This document shows positions 37,989 to 47,109 of a DNA stretch of 64,000 nt, in pieces. A program made the translations under genes and the position numbers. Under the pieces are notes generated by a model, which searched no databases, had not been told where the DNA came from, and saw only the letters and a program-made list of their open reading frames with translations. Numbering within the stretch: position 1 is the first letter of the stretch; every line of letters starts with the position of its first letter. The stretch spans positions 2,016,001 through 2,080,000 of the forward strand of contig OZ241986.1 of assembly GCA_965204375.1 (NCBI GenBank), given 5' to 3'. The DNA comes from Candidatus Latescibacterota bacterium (GTDB lineage Bacteria; Latescibacterota; UBA2968).

Positions 37989-39806
37989 ATGCAGAACATA
38001 GATTTTTCTCAAATTCAGAGCCATAACGGAAGTCAAAGCAAAGGATTTGAAGAACTGGTATGTCAGTTGGCACGTCTCTCGAAACCGGAAAATGCCAAAG
38101 AATTTATTCGCAAAGACGGAGCGGGAGGGGATGCAGGAGTAGAATGCTATTGGAAATTACAGGATGGCTCTGAACAGGCTTGGCAAGCTAAATACTTTCT
38201 AAAACCATTAGGCTCTTCGCAGTGGAATCAGATTTCTGGATCTGTTAAATCTGCGTTAAGTAAACATCCAGATTTAACCAAGTATTATATCTGTTTGCCT
38301 AAAGATAGAAATGATAGCCGTCGATCAAGCACACAAGGCAGGCAGATTACCTCTGAATTGGACAAATGGAACCAGTACGTAGAGAAATGGAAAGCGATAG
38401 CTGCTACGAAATCCATGCAGGTTGAGTTTGAATACTGGGGCGAACATGAAATACTCTTGATGTTGCAAAGGGATACCTGTGATTTTGCTGGCATAGCCAA
38501 GTACTGGTTTGGAACACCAACTCCTCGTCCAACAGATATTTTGCCTTATTGGTATTTACCTACGGACCTTGTTGACCAAAAAATTAAACATGAAACCAAC
38601 CTGACCTTTGTCAGACCTCAAGCCGCGGAGTTGGCGCGGCGGTTAAAAGAACCTCGGCGATTCATTCAAGTCGTATCGGGAGCGAGGCAGGTCGGCAAAA
38701 CAACCCTTGCATTGCAAGTGGCAGACCAGAGCACACTGCCATATCACTTTGCCAGCGCAGATGAACCGACACTTCGTGGCAACGAATGGATTGAATCTCA
38801 ATGGGAAGAGGCCCGATTGCTTGCCACGAGTTCAAAAAGCAAAGGAGCCTTACTCATCTTAGATGAAGTGCAAAAAATTCCACATTGGGCTGAAATGGTC
38901 AAGTACCTTTGGGATGAAGATACCCGAAAAAAAACATTGGTGAAAACAGTATTGCTCGGCTCTGCTCCGATTTTAATCGGGTATGGACTGACAGAAAGCC
39001 TTGCGGGACGTTTTGAAATCCTGCACATGCCACACTGGAGCTTTTCCGAAATACAGGAAGCCTTCGGATGGGATCTGAACCAATATCTCTTTTACGGTGC
39101 CTATCCAGGTGCCGCGCCATTGATAAAACAACCGCTCCGCTGGTCGCGCTACATCATAGACTCTCTCATAGAAACAACTGTCGCACGCGACGTACTTTTG
39201 CTTTCTCGCGTTGACAAACCGGCATTGCTTCGGCGGTTATTTGAACTGGGCTGTGCCTATTCAGGACAAATCCTTTCCTACACAAAAATGATAGGCCAAC
39301 TTCAGGATGCTGGGAACACAACCACACTTGCCCACTACCTCGACCTGCTTTCAGGCGCCGGCGTACTCACCGGATTGCACAAATACGCGGGCGACACAGC
39401 GCGGCGCCGGGGGTCCAGCCCCAAGTTTCAAGTCTTCAACACCGCGTTGATAACCGCACAATCTGACATGACGCAGGCAGAAGCCTTTGCAGACCGCGAA
39501 TTTTGGGGACGCTTAACAGAGTCCGCAGTGGGCGCACACCTGATCAACGCATCCGCTGGCGGTACTTGTGAAGTATTTTATTGGCGGGAGCGCAACCGAG
39601 AAGTGGATTTTGTCTTGCGAAAAGGAAAGAAACTCGTGGCAATAGAAGTAAAAAGCGGGCGCACAACCACTTCGTTCCCTGGCATGGAATCTTTCTCCAA
39701 ATTTTTCAAACCAGGTCGCAGGTTAATCGTCGGTTCCGGTGGCATTTCTCTCGAACGATTTCTCTCAACACCCGTGGAATATTGGATAAATCTATCAAAA
39801 CTATAA
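37989..39806 (+). CDS. Fusion: N-terminal Mrr-like nuclease (Avs4/NACHT effector type) + AAA_14 ATPase + DUF4143
   Basis: FEELVCQL..GGDAGVE..WQAKYF; GARQVGKT (Walker A), LILDEVQK (Walker B), ESLAGRF; REVDFV..AIEVKSG. Confidence 0.8.
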   Translation: MQNIDFSQIQSHNGSQSKGFEELVCQLARLSKPENAKEFIRKDGAGGDAGVECYWKLQDGSEQAWQAKYFLKPLGSSQWNQISGSVKSALSKHPDLTKYYICLPKDRNDSRRSSTQGRQITSELDKWNQYVEKWKAIAATKSMQVEFEYWGEHEILLMLQRDTCDFAGIAKYWFGTPTPRPTDILPYWYLPTDLVDQKIKHETNLTFVRPQAAELARRLKEPRRFIQVVSGARQVGKTTLALQVADQSTLPYHFASADEPTLRGNEWIESQWEEARLLATSSKSKGALLILDEVQKIPHWAEMVKYLWDEDTRKKTLVKTVLLGSAPILIGYGLTESLAGRFEILHMPHWSFSEIQEAFGWDLNQYLFYGAYPGAAPLIKQPLRWSRYIIDSLIETTVARDVLLLSRVDKPALLRRLFELGCAYSGQILSYTKMIGQLQDAGNTTTLAHYLDLLSGAGVLTGLHKYAGDTARRRGSSPKFQVFNTALITAQSDMTQAEAFADREFWGRLTESAVGAHLINASAGGTCEVFYWRERNREVDFVLRKGKKLVAIEVKSGRTTTSFPGMESFSKFFKPGRRLIVGSGGISLERFLSTPVEYWINLSKL

Positions 39807-39862
39807 TTCATCTGCATTCATCTGCGCCCATCTGCGTCCATCTGCGGATACATCTGCGGATA
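39807..39862 (+). repeat. Short tandem 10-bp repeat, copy C (5 units)
   Basis: TTCATCTGCATTCATCTGCGCCCATCTGCGTCCATCTGCGGATACATCTGCGGATA. Confidence 0.85.
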
Positions 39863-39878
39863 AAACAGGAACAAAGCA

Positions 39879-42800
39879 ATGCCTACCTTCCCCTTCAGTG
39901 AAAAACACCTCTCCCAGATCCCCGCCCTGCAACAGCTAATGAACCTGGGCTACCGGTATCTATCCCCTGACCAGGCGATGGTAGAACGCGGTGGTCGCGC
40001 CTCCAATGTGCTGCTGGAGAACATCTTGCGTGATCAGCTTAAAAAAATAAACCGCATTCATTACAAAGGCGACATGTATCTTTTCAGCGAAGAGAATATT
40101 CAATCCGCCATTCAGAAAATCAAAAATGTTCAATACGATGGCTTACAAAAAACAAACGAAGTGATATACGACCTGATAACACTTGGCACATCACTTGAAC
40201 AAACCATTGAGAGCGATTCCAAAAGTTATACCCTGAACTATATCGACTGGAAAAATCCCGCGAACAATGTATTTCACGCCACAGCAGAATTTTCCGTTGA
40301 ACGCTCCCGCAGCATGGAAACCGCAAGACCCGACATTGTACTGTTTGTGAATGGCATTCCCCTTGTCGTAATCGAATGCAAAGGCCCCGATGTAGATGTG
40401 GATCAGGCCATATCTCAAACAATCCGAAATCAAGGCGAAGAATATATCCCGAGACTCTTTATTTACGCGCAGTTATTATTGGCTATAAACAAAAATGAGG
40501 CGAAGTACGCAACGGTAGGAACTTCAAAGGCGTTCTGGAGCATTTGGGACGAAATGGAAGATTCTACTCACGAAGTAAATGCCAGCGTCAATAACCCCCT
40601 TTCTGCTGAAGACAAAGACGCCCTGTTTCGCGGCGATTTCGCCCTGGCACAACCACACTTTGCCGCACTTGAAAGCACAGGCGACCGACTGCTCACGGAA
40701 CAGGACAAATGTCTTTACAGTCTATGCCGTCCAGAGCGTCTATTGGAACTGATTTACGGCTTTATCGTCTTTGACCTTGGCATCAAAAAAATTGCCCGAT
40801 ACCAGCAGTTCTTTCTCGTCCGTTCCGCAGTAAAACGCATCAAACAGATAGATAATACGGGCCGTCGCCAGGGTGGCATTGTCTGGCACACACAGGGATC
40901 CGGAAAGTCCATCACAATGGTCATGCTCGCTCGTGCTCTGGCTCTGGACCTCGAGATGAACAACTCCCGAATGATTCTCGTTACAGACCGCAAAGACCTG
41001 GATAAACAACTCGGCAACACCTTTGCGGCATGTGGACTGATCATGGAACGAGCGACAACCGGACGAAATCTGGTTAAACACATCAAAAACAAAGTGGGCA
41101 TCATCACGACGCTGATCAATAAATTTGATACGGCACTTTCTGCCGAAAAATACGTTGATGATTCAGCGAATATTGTCGTCCTCGTAGATGAAAGCCACCG
41201 CACAAACTTCGGTTCTCTCGCAGCGCGCATGAGGCAGATGTTACCCAATGCTTGTTACATCGGCTTCACGGGCACGCCATTGATGAAAAAAGAGAAGAAC
41301 AGTTTTGTCAGATTTGGAGGTCTTATTGAACCGCATTACTCCGTGCGACAGGCGATAAAAGACAAGGCAGTGGTTCCCCTCCTTTACGAAGGTCGGCATG
41401 TAGAGATAGAGCAAAACGAAAACGCGGTTGATTTGTGGTTCGAACGCCATACGGTAAACCTGACAGACCAACAAAAAGCCGACTTGAAAAGAAAATATTC
41501 CCGTGCAGATGCACTCAACCAGGCAGACCAGGCCGTCTATATGCGCGCGTTTGACATAAGCACCCACTACCGCGTAAACTGGCAGGACACCCCATTTAAG
41601 GCGCAACTTGTAGCACCCAACAAAGCAACTGCCCTGAAGTATCGAGAATTTTTCAACGAGATAAATACTGTTTCATCGGAGGTCGTTATTTCTCCCCCGG
41701 ATACGCGAGAGGGACATGAGGAGGTAGGCGAAGAGACAGATGAGGTCAACGCATTCTGGAACACAATGATGGCCCGTTATGGTTCTGAGGATCAATACAA
41801 CAAGCAAATCATCGCACAGTTCAAACACGCGGACGAACCGGAAATTTTGATTGTAGTAGATAAACTCATCACCGGATTTGACGCACCTCGCAATACCGTG
41901 CTCTATCTGTGCCGCAAGTTGCGCGAACACACATTGCTCCAGGCCATTGCCCGGGTTAATCGCGTACACGAAAATAAGGAATTTGGCTATGTCGTCGATT
42001 ATGCCAATGTATTGGGTGAACTGGACAAAGCATTAGACGAATACGACGCGCTTGCGGATTTTGACGGAAAGGACCTCGCCGATGTCCTGGTCTCCATCCA
42101 GGAAGAAATACAAAAATTGCCGCAACGTTACTCAGACCTCTGGGACATATTCAAAGAAATTAAAAACTCTCGCGATGAAGAACGCTACGAAGTCCTGCTA
42201 TCCGATGACGCATTGCGGGAAGATTTTTATGAACGCCTCACGGAGTACGGCAAGACCCTTGCCATCGCGCTTTCATCTGAGCAGTTTATTATGCAGACCG
42301 ACGAGGCGCAACTCAAACGCTACAAAAGCGACCTCCTGCGTTTTGAGAAACTGAGAAAGGCTGTCAGACTGCGCTACGCCGAAGCCATTGATTACGGCGA
42401 CTATGACTCCAAAATTAAAAAGTTGCTAAACACGCATATTCAAGCAAACGAGGTCACCCAATTAAACGATCCCGTGGATATTTTTGATGACAATACCTTT
42501 CCTATGGTCAGAGAGGCGCAAGGCATTTATCGCACCCAAAACGCGGCGGCAAACGCCGATTATATCGCGCATGTCACCAAGCGCAAAATTATCGAAAATA
42601 TGGACAAAGACCCCGCTTTTTATGAGAAATTTTCAAAGCTCATTCAGGAGGCAATCGACGATTTCAGGCAGCAACGGATATTAGCCCTCGACTATCTGCA
42701 AAAGGTGAGAGATATTCGAGACAAGGTCGAAAACACACAACGCGACGATGTCCCCGATGAGATTCGCAATAACCGTGAAGCCTGTGCGTATTTTGGCGCA

Positions 42801-43073
42801 ATTAAACCTTGTTTGTCAAAAATTGATATAGATGAAAGCCAGACCGATGACATAGCAATAAAAACAACGCTTGCCATTCAATCTGCGATAGATAAAAATT
42901 GGAAGGTAGATTTTTGGAACGATAGCGACGCGCAAAATGACATAAAAAATGAGATGGATGACTTCTTCTACGATGTGGTGGAAGACGTATATGGCATTGA
43001 TTTATCGTCAGAGCAGATGGACGAAATGATCAGCCAAACAATGCAGATCGCCAAATTCTGGAGGCCCACTTAA
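39879..43073 (+). CDS. hsdR: Type I RM restriction subunit R
   Basis: RPDIVLFVNGIPLVVIECK nuclease; WHTQGSGKS, DESHR, GFTGTP, LITGFDAP and QAIARVNR helicase motifs. Confidence 0.97.
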   Translation: MPTFPFSEKHLSQIPALQQLMNLGYRYLSPDQAMVERGGRASNVLLENILRDQLKKINRIHYKGDMYLFSEENIQSAIQKIKNVQYDGLQKTNEVIYDLITLGTSLEQTIESDSKSYTLNYIDWKNPANNVFHATAEFSVERSRSMETARPDIVLFVNGIPLVVIECKGPDVDVDQAISQTIRNQGEEYIPRLFIYAQLLLAINKNEAKYATVGTSKAFWSIWDEMEDSTHEVNASVNNPLSAEDKDALFRGDFALAQPHFAALESTGDRLLTEQDKCLYSLCRPERLLELIYGFIVFDLGIKKIARYQQFFLVRSAVKRIKQIDNTGRRQGGIVWHTQGSGKSITMVMLARALALDLEMNNSRMILVTDRKDLDKQLGNTFAACGLIMERATTGRNLVKHIKNKVGIITTLINKFDTALSAEKYVDDSANIVVLVDESHRTNFGSLAARMRQMLPNACYIGFTGTPLMKKEKNSFVRFGGLIEPHYSVRQAIKDKAVVPLLYEGRHVEIEQNENAVDLWFERHTVNLTDQQKADLKRKYSRADALNQADQAVYMRAFDISTHYRVNWQDTPFKAQLVAPNKATALKYREFFNEINTVSSEVVISPPDTREGHEEVGEETDEVNAFWNTMMARYGSEDQYNKQIIAQFKHADEPEILIVVDKLITGFDAPRNTVLYLCRKLREHTLLQAIARVNRVHENKEFGYVVDYANVLGELDKALDEYDALADFDGKDLADVLVSIQEEIQKLPQRYSDLWDIFKEIKNSRDEERYEVLLSDDALREDFYERLTEYGKTLAIALSSEQFIMQTDEAQLKRYKSDLLRFEKLRKAVRLRYAEAIDYGDYDSKIKKLLNTHIQANEVTQLNDPVDIFDDNTFPMVREAQGIYRTQNAAANADYIAHVTKRKIIENMDKDPAFYEKFSKLIQEAIDDFRQQRILALDYLQKVRDIRDKVENTQRDDVPDEIRNNREACAYFGAIKPCLSKIDIDESQTDDIAIKTTLAIQSAIDKNWKVDFWNDSDAQNDIKNEMDDFFYDVVEDVYGIDLSSEQMDEMISQTMQIAKFWRPT

Positions 43074-43783
43074 TGTCGGAAACTCAGTACGCCATCACAT
43101 ACGCGGGCGAATCCATTCCCTTTCATCTGAGTTATTCCAACAGGAAGTCTATCGAAATTGCCGTTCATCCAGATGGCTTAGTGACAGTAAAAGCACCACT
43201 GGAAACAGATAAAGATCTCATCGAGCGTCGCGTTTACAAGCGCGCGCGTTGGATAAGACGCCAGATCCGCTATTTCGCACAGTTTGACCCGCGGACTCCA
43301 GAGCGGCGGTTTGTCGGAGGTGAAAGCCACCTGTACCTGGGCAAAAAGTATCGGCTAAAGATAAGACAGGCCGAAACGGACAAGGTCTTGCTAAAACACG
43401 GTTTTTTTTACATCGCAACGGTTAATAACGAGCCAGAACATATCGCGATATTGCTTGAAGAATGGTACCGAAGCAAGGCGAATATTTATTTTTCAAAAGT
43501 GTTTGAAGAATGCTGGCGTCCCTTTCAAAAAAAAGAGGTGGATAAACCCACCCTCAAAATTCGCAATATGAAAACGCGCTGGGGCAGTTTGAGCAGCAGA
43601 GGCAGCCTGACATTGAATTTGGAACTCATCAAAGCACCCAGAGAATGTATTGAATACGTCGTTATCCACGAACTATGTCACCTGTTTCATCCCAATCACG
43701 GAGCAGAGTTTTATAACTTGCTTGAGCGCATGCTGCCCGATTGGATAAAACGAAAGCACAAATTGGAAATGGCACTGTCTTAG
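43073..43783 (+). CDS. YgjP/DUF45 (SprT/M48-like) zinc metallopeptidase
   Basis: MKTRWGSL and IEYVVIHELCHL..PNHG..FY; usual position after hsdR. Confidence 0.9.
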   Translation: MSETQYAITYAGESIPFHLSYSNRKSIEIAVHPDGLVTVKAPLETDKDLIERRVYKRARWIRRQIRYFAQFDPRTPERRFVGGESHLYLGKKYRLKIRQAETDKVLLKHGFFYIATVNNEPEHIAILLEEWYRSKANIYFSKVFEECWRPFQKKEVDKPTLKIRNMKTRWGSLSSRGSLTLNLELIKAPRECIEYVVIHELCHLFHPNHGAEFYNLLERMLPDWIKRKHKLEMALS

Positions 43784-43820
43784 AATCAGTTCTGAAGCCA
43801 CATCAAAAAGGACCCCTAAA

Positions 43821-44696
43821 ATGCTCACTCCAAATTGGAATATCCTCCCAAAAGAAACCATCCGGGAATTCGATGAAAAGGGCTGTCTAATTGTGCGCCG
43901 GGCACTCGATAAAAAAACGGTCGCACACCTTCTCGAAATATGCGACCGCCTCATCGATAGCGACAAAAAAACAAACCGACAAACGCGTGAGAATGGATAT
44001 TACGATGGCTTTCGCAACTGCATCGCCTTAGACGATGCCTTTTTGCCACTCCTCACACACCCCAAAATTTTCCCCATGGTCGTACAATTTCTCGGCGCGT
44101 ATCTTCACCTCACTACCTCACACCTGATATACAAACACCCCGACCCGCCCGGCACGCCTGATTTTGCTCGAGCACCAAACTGGCATCGCGATTACGGCCG
44201 CCTCAACAGCGACCTCCTGCACGCAGCCCCTCGGGGCATGCTCAAGTGCGCTTATTATCTCACGGATCTCACTGAACTCAATGCAGGCGCCACACTCGTC
44301 GTGCCCGGTAGCAATCTCTTGCGAGAACCTCTCGACATCCCCCCAAATGGCGACCCAGAAGGCGCATTAGAACCGCATCTCGAACCCGGAGACTGTCTCA
44401 TATTTGAAAACCGAACCTATCACGCTGGCGGTGTCAACCTATCCGACCAGACCCGCAAAGTCATCATGTTCGGTTATGGCTACCGATGGCTCGCCCCCAT
44501 AGATTACCGCGTACAATCCCAATCGCTATTGGCCAAACTCGATCCATTGGGCCAGTACCTCCTTGGCGAAACACTGGTCAAAACAGAAGAATATCAAACC
44601 AGCGGCGGAGAAACCCCGCTCAAACCCTGGTGCGAACAAAACAACCTGCCCCTCGTCAGACCACCAGTATGGCAAGAGGATCTCGCCCTTGCCTGA
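43821..44696 (+). CDS. Phytanoyl-CoA dioxygenase family protein
   Basis: WHRD, YLTDL, GATLVVPGS and GDCLIFENRTYHAG. Confidence 0.9.
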   Translation: MLTPNWNILPKETIREFDEKGCLIVRRALDKKTVAHLLEICDRLIDSDKKTNRQTRENGYYDGFRNCIALDDAFLPLLTHPKIFPMVVQFLGAYLHLTTSHLIYKHPDPPGTPDFARAPNWHRDYGRLNSDLLHAAPRGMLKCAYYLTDLTELNAGATLVVPGSNLLREPLDIPPNGDPEGALEPHLEPGDCLIFENRTYHAGGVNLSDQTRKVIMFGYGYRWLAPIDYRVQSQSLLAKLDPLGQYLLGETLVKTEEYQTSGGETPLKPWCEQNNLPLVRPPVWQEDLALA

Positions 44697-44703
44697 TTAC
44701 CAA

Positions 44704-46020
44704 TCACAACATGGTCAATTTTTGCGACAAATTTTCAACAGGTGTAAACACCCACTGTTTTCCAGCTTTTATCGCATTGAGCAATCCATGAGCCTGTAAA
44801 TTCAGCAAATCTGTACGTGCGGTCTGATAAACCACATTGTGGCTATTCTGGTGGCCATAGATTGTATATCGATGGCGGGGATGACGAAGTGCGTGACTCA
44901 AAAGTGCGCGTTGTCGATGATTGAACACGGCAGAATTTTTCAACACCTGATCAATACCTTCAAATAGTCGCGTTTTGCGTTTGATATATTGATGAAATAC
45001 ATCCACAGTTTGCTCAATAACGCGCAATTGATACAATATAAAATACGTCAAATCATTGTCATCCGTCTCAGTGTACAAAAAGGATCGGCTATATTTTGCG
45101 GGAGCCTTGCGCAAAATTTGGGAAATAGACAAAAACTTAAACAGCCCGTAGCCATTGTGTAGCATCGACCAGTAGAACAATGCGCGTGCGGTGCGTCCAT
45201 TGCCATCGACAAATGGGTGGTCATATCCCAACCAGAAATGCAACATAATCGCTCGAAGCGCCGGATGAATAAACCAATCTGGCGTTTTGCCATTGGCAAA
45301 ATCGCACATTGCCTGCAGGCGCTCGGGCAGTTCTTCGGCAGACGGCGGACGGTGCAAAACCTCACCAGTAACAAGATCGGCAACATGAACAGATTCTTTT
45401 GCATACCGAAAACGACCTATTCCCGAAGGATCGTCCAGAGTATCTTCCGTCACCAGGCGGTGCAGATGAAAAATCAGGTCTTGAGTTAAGGGCTGATCTT
45501 TCAACTCGCCAATTGCATTCATGGTGAGATAATTATTCAAAATCATCTGCTCACTGCGATTCTGTGGGACTCGTCCAGTGCGAAGCATTTCTCTGGCGAC
45601 CTGACGTGTGGTTGTGGCACCTTCGAGTTGGCTGGATGTAATGGCCTCTTCAATCAGTGAATCCACGAAGTAGATATTGGAGAACTCAGATGAGATAGCC
45701 TGTTCGAGCAGACCAGAAAAACCAGGCCTTCCCAGATCAATTTGATGCAAATACTTGAGAATAGGGTCTATAATCAAAACACGAAAAGGGATTCCCGAGC
45801 AATCGACAAGTGGGATTTCTTTCCACAATGCCCCACGGTATAGCTTAATGCCCAACCACCACTCGCGATGTGTCAGTCCTCCGGGGGGCGTTCGATATCG
45901 CAACTCATCCCAATGCAAGTAGTCAGACATATCTACTTCCGAAATCAAATGTGGAAGTCGTCCAACTTCCACATCGCGCATCAGATCATCAAAAGCTGGT
46001 GGTGTTTGAGGTCTTTTCAT
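44704..46020 (-). CDS. Fic family protein with C-terminal HTH
   Basis: HPFVDGNGRTAR catalytic motif; inhibitory SSQLEG; VVYQTARTDL winged HTH; alternative start at 46050. Confidence 0.93.
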   Translation of the reverse strand: MKRPQTPPAFDDLMRDVEVGRLPHLISEVDMSDYLHWDELRYRTPPGGLTHREWWLGIKLYRGALWKEIPLVDCSGIPFRVLIIDPILKYLHQIDLGRPGFSGLLEQAISSEFSNIYFVDSLIEEAITSSQLEGATTTRQVAREMLRTGRVPQNRSEQMILNNYLTMNAIGELKDQPLTQDLIFHLHRLVTEDTLDDPSGIGRFRYAKESVHVADLVTGEVLHRPPSAEELPERLQAMCDFANGKTPDWFIHPALRAIMLHFWLGYDHPFVDGNGRTARALFYWSMLHNGYGLFKFLSISQILRKAPAKYSRSFLYTETDDNDLTYFILYQLRVIEQTVDVFHQYIKRKTRLFEGIDQVLKNSAVFNHRQRALLSHALRHPRHRYTIYGHQNSHNVVYQTARTDLLNLQAHGLLNAIKAGKQWVFTPVENLSQKLTML

Positions 46021-46021
46021 A

Positions 46022-46177
46022 ATCGCTGTCCATTCATATTGAATGCTCATACTAATCTCATACTAATATATGTAAATTTAGTATGAAAAGCTATCTATAC
46101 TTGTCCATATCGCTGTCCATTCATATTGAATGCTCATACTAATCTCATACTAATATATGTAAATTTAGTATGAAAAG
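46022..46177. repeat. 69-bp direct duplication upstream of fic (46022-46090 and 46109-46177)
   Basis: ATCGCTGTCCATTCATATTGAATGCTCATACTAATCTCATACTAATATATGTAAATTTAGTATGAAAAG occurs twice. Confidence 0.92.
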
Positions 46178-46262
46178 TCACCCATACTTATTCATCAAAA
46201 TATGGGGTTTGGGCACAAAACGTCGTATATTGTGAAACATCAAAATAAAAAGGACTATATTA

Positions 46263-47108
46263 ATGAAATTACTCAAAGAAAAAGTAGCGATCATCACGGG
46301 TGGCGCAAGCGGCATTGGTCGTGCCACTGCTCGCCTCTTTGTCGAAGAAGGCGCGCAAGTCGTCATCGCAGACATCCAGGAAGATAAGGGTCAGACCGTC
46401 GCGAAAGAACTCGGCTCCAACGCCATCTTCCAGCACACCAATGTGAGCCGGGAACCCGATATCAGAGCGATGATTAACCTCGCGGTCTCGCACTTTGGAC
46501 GCCTGGATTGTCTCTTTAACAACGCCGGATACGGCGGTGTAGCGGGACCTGTTGAAGAAACATCCATGCGGGGTTTTGACAAAACCGTAAGCATTCTCCT
46601 GCGCGGCGTCTTCATGGGCATCAAACACGCGGCGCCCATAATGAAAAAACAGGGATCGGGCAGCATCATCAGCACGGGTTCCGTCGCCGGCCTTCGCACG
46701 GGCTATGCGCCGCATGTGTACAGCGCGTGTAAAGCCGCCGTCATACACCTCACCCGAACAACGGCAATGGAATTGGGACCTCACAACATCCGCGTCAACT
46801 GTATATGCCCTGGCGGCATTGCCACCCCCATATTTGCCCCGGCATTGGACCTCGCGCCCGAAGAATCTGACAAAGCATATCAACTCATGACCGAAAAACT
46901 CGCTGGTGGACAGCCCATTCACCGCGCGGGTCAACCCGAAGACATCGCACACGCAGCCCTCTATCTCGCCAGTGATCACGCCTCATTTGTCAACGGTCAC
47001 GCCCTCGTCGTCGATGGCGGCCTCATCGGCGGCCAAAAATGGGATAGATCCTGGATCGCCCGAGAAGGGCTTACGTCTGATGAGGACATACGTGAAGGAG
47101 GAGAATGA
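46263..47108 (+). CDS. Short-chain dehydrogenase/reductase
   Basis: TGGASGIG, NNAG, YSACK and IRVNCICPG. Confidence 0.95.
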   Translation: MKLLKEKVAIITGGASGIGRATARLFVEEGAQVVIADIQEDKGQTVAKELGSNAIFQHTNVSREPDIRAMINLAVSHFGRLDCLFNNAGYGGVAGPVEETSMRGFDKTVSILLRGVFMGIKHAAPIMKKQGSGSIISTGSVAGLRTGYAPHVYSACKAAVIHLTRTTAMELGPHNIRVNCICPGGIATPIFAPALDLAPEESDKAYQLMTEKLAGGQPIHRAGQPEDIAHAALYLASDHASFVNGHALVVDGGLIGGQKWDRSWIAREGLTSDEDIREGGE

Positions 47109-47109
47109 T

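Noticed and set aside
39807-39862. CRISPR array from the ATCTGCG repeats (also 13222, 31245, 59443)
   Set aside because: Units are 10 bp and contiguous with no unique spacers, and there are no cas genes.
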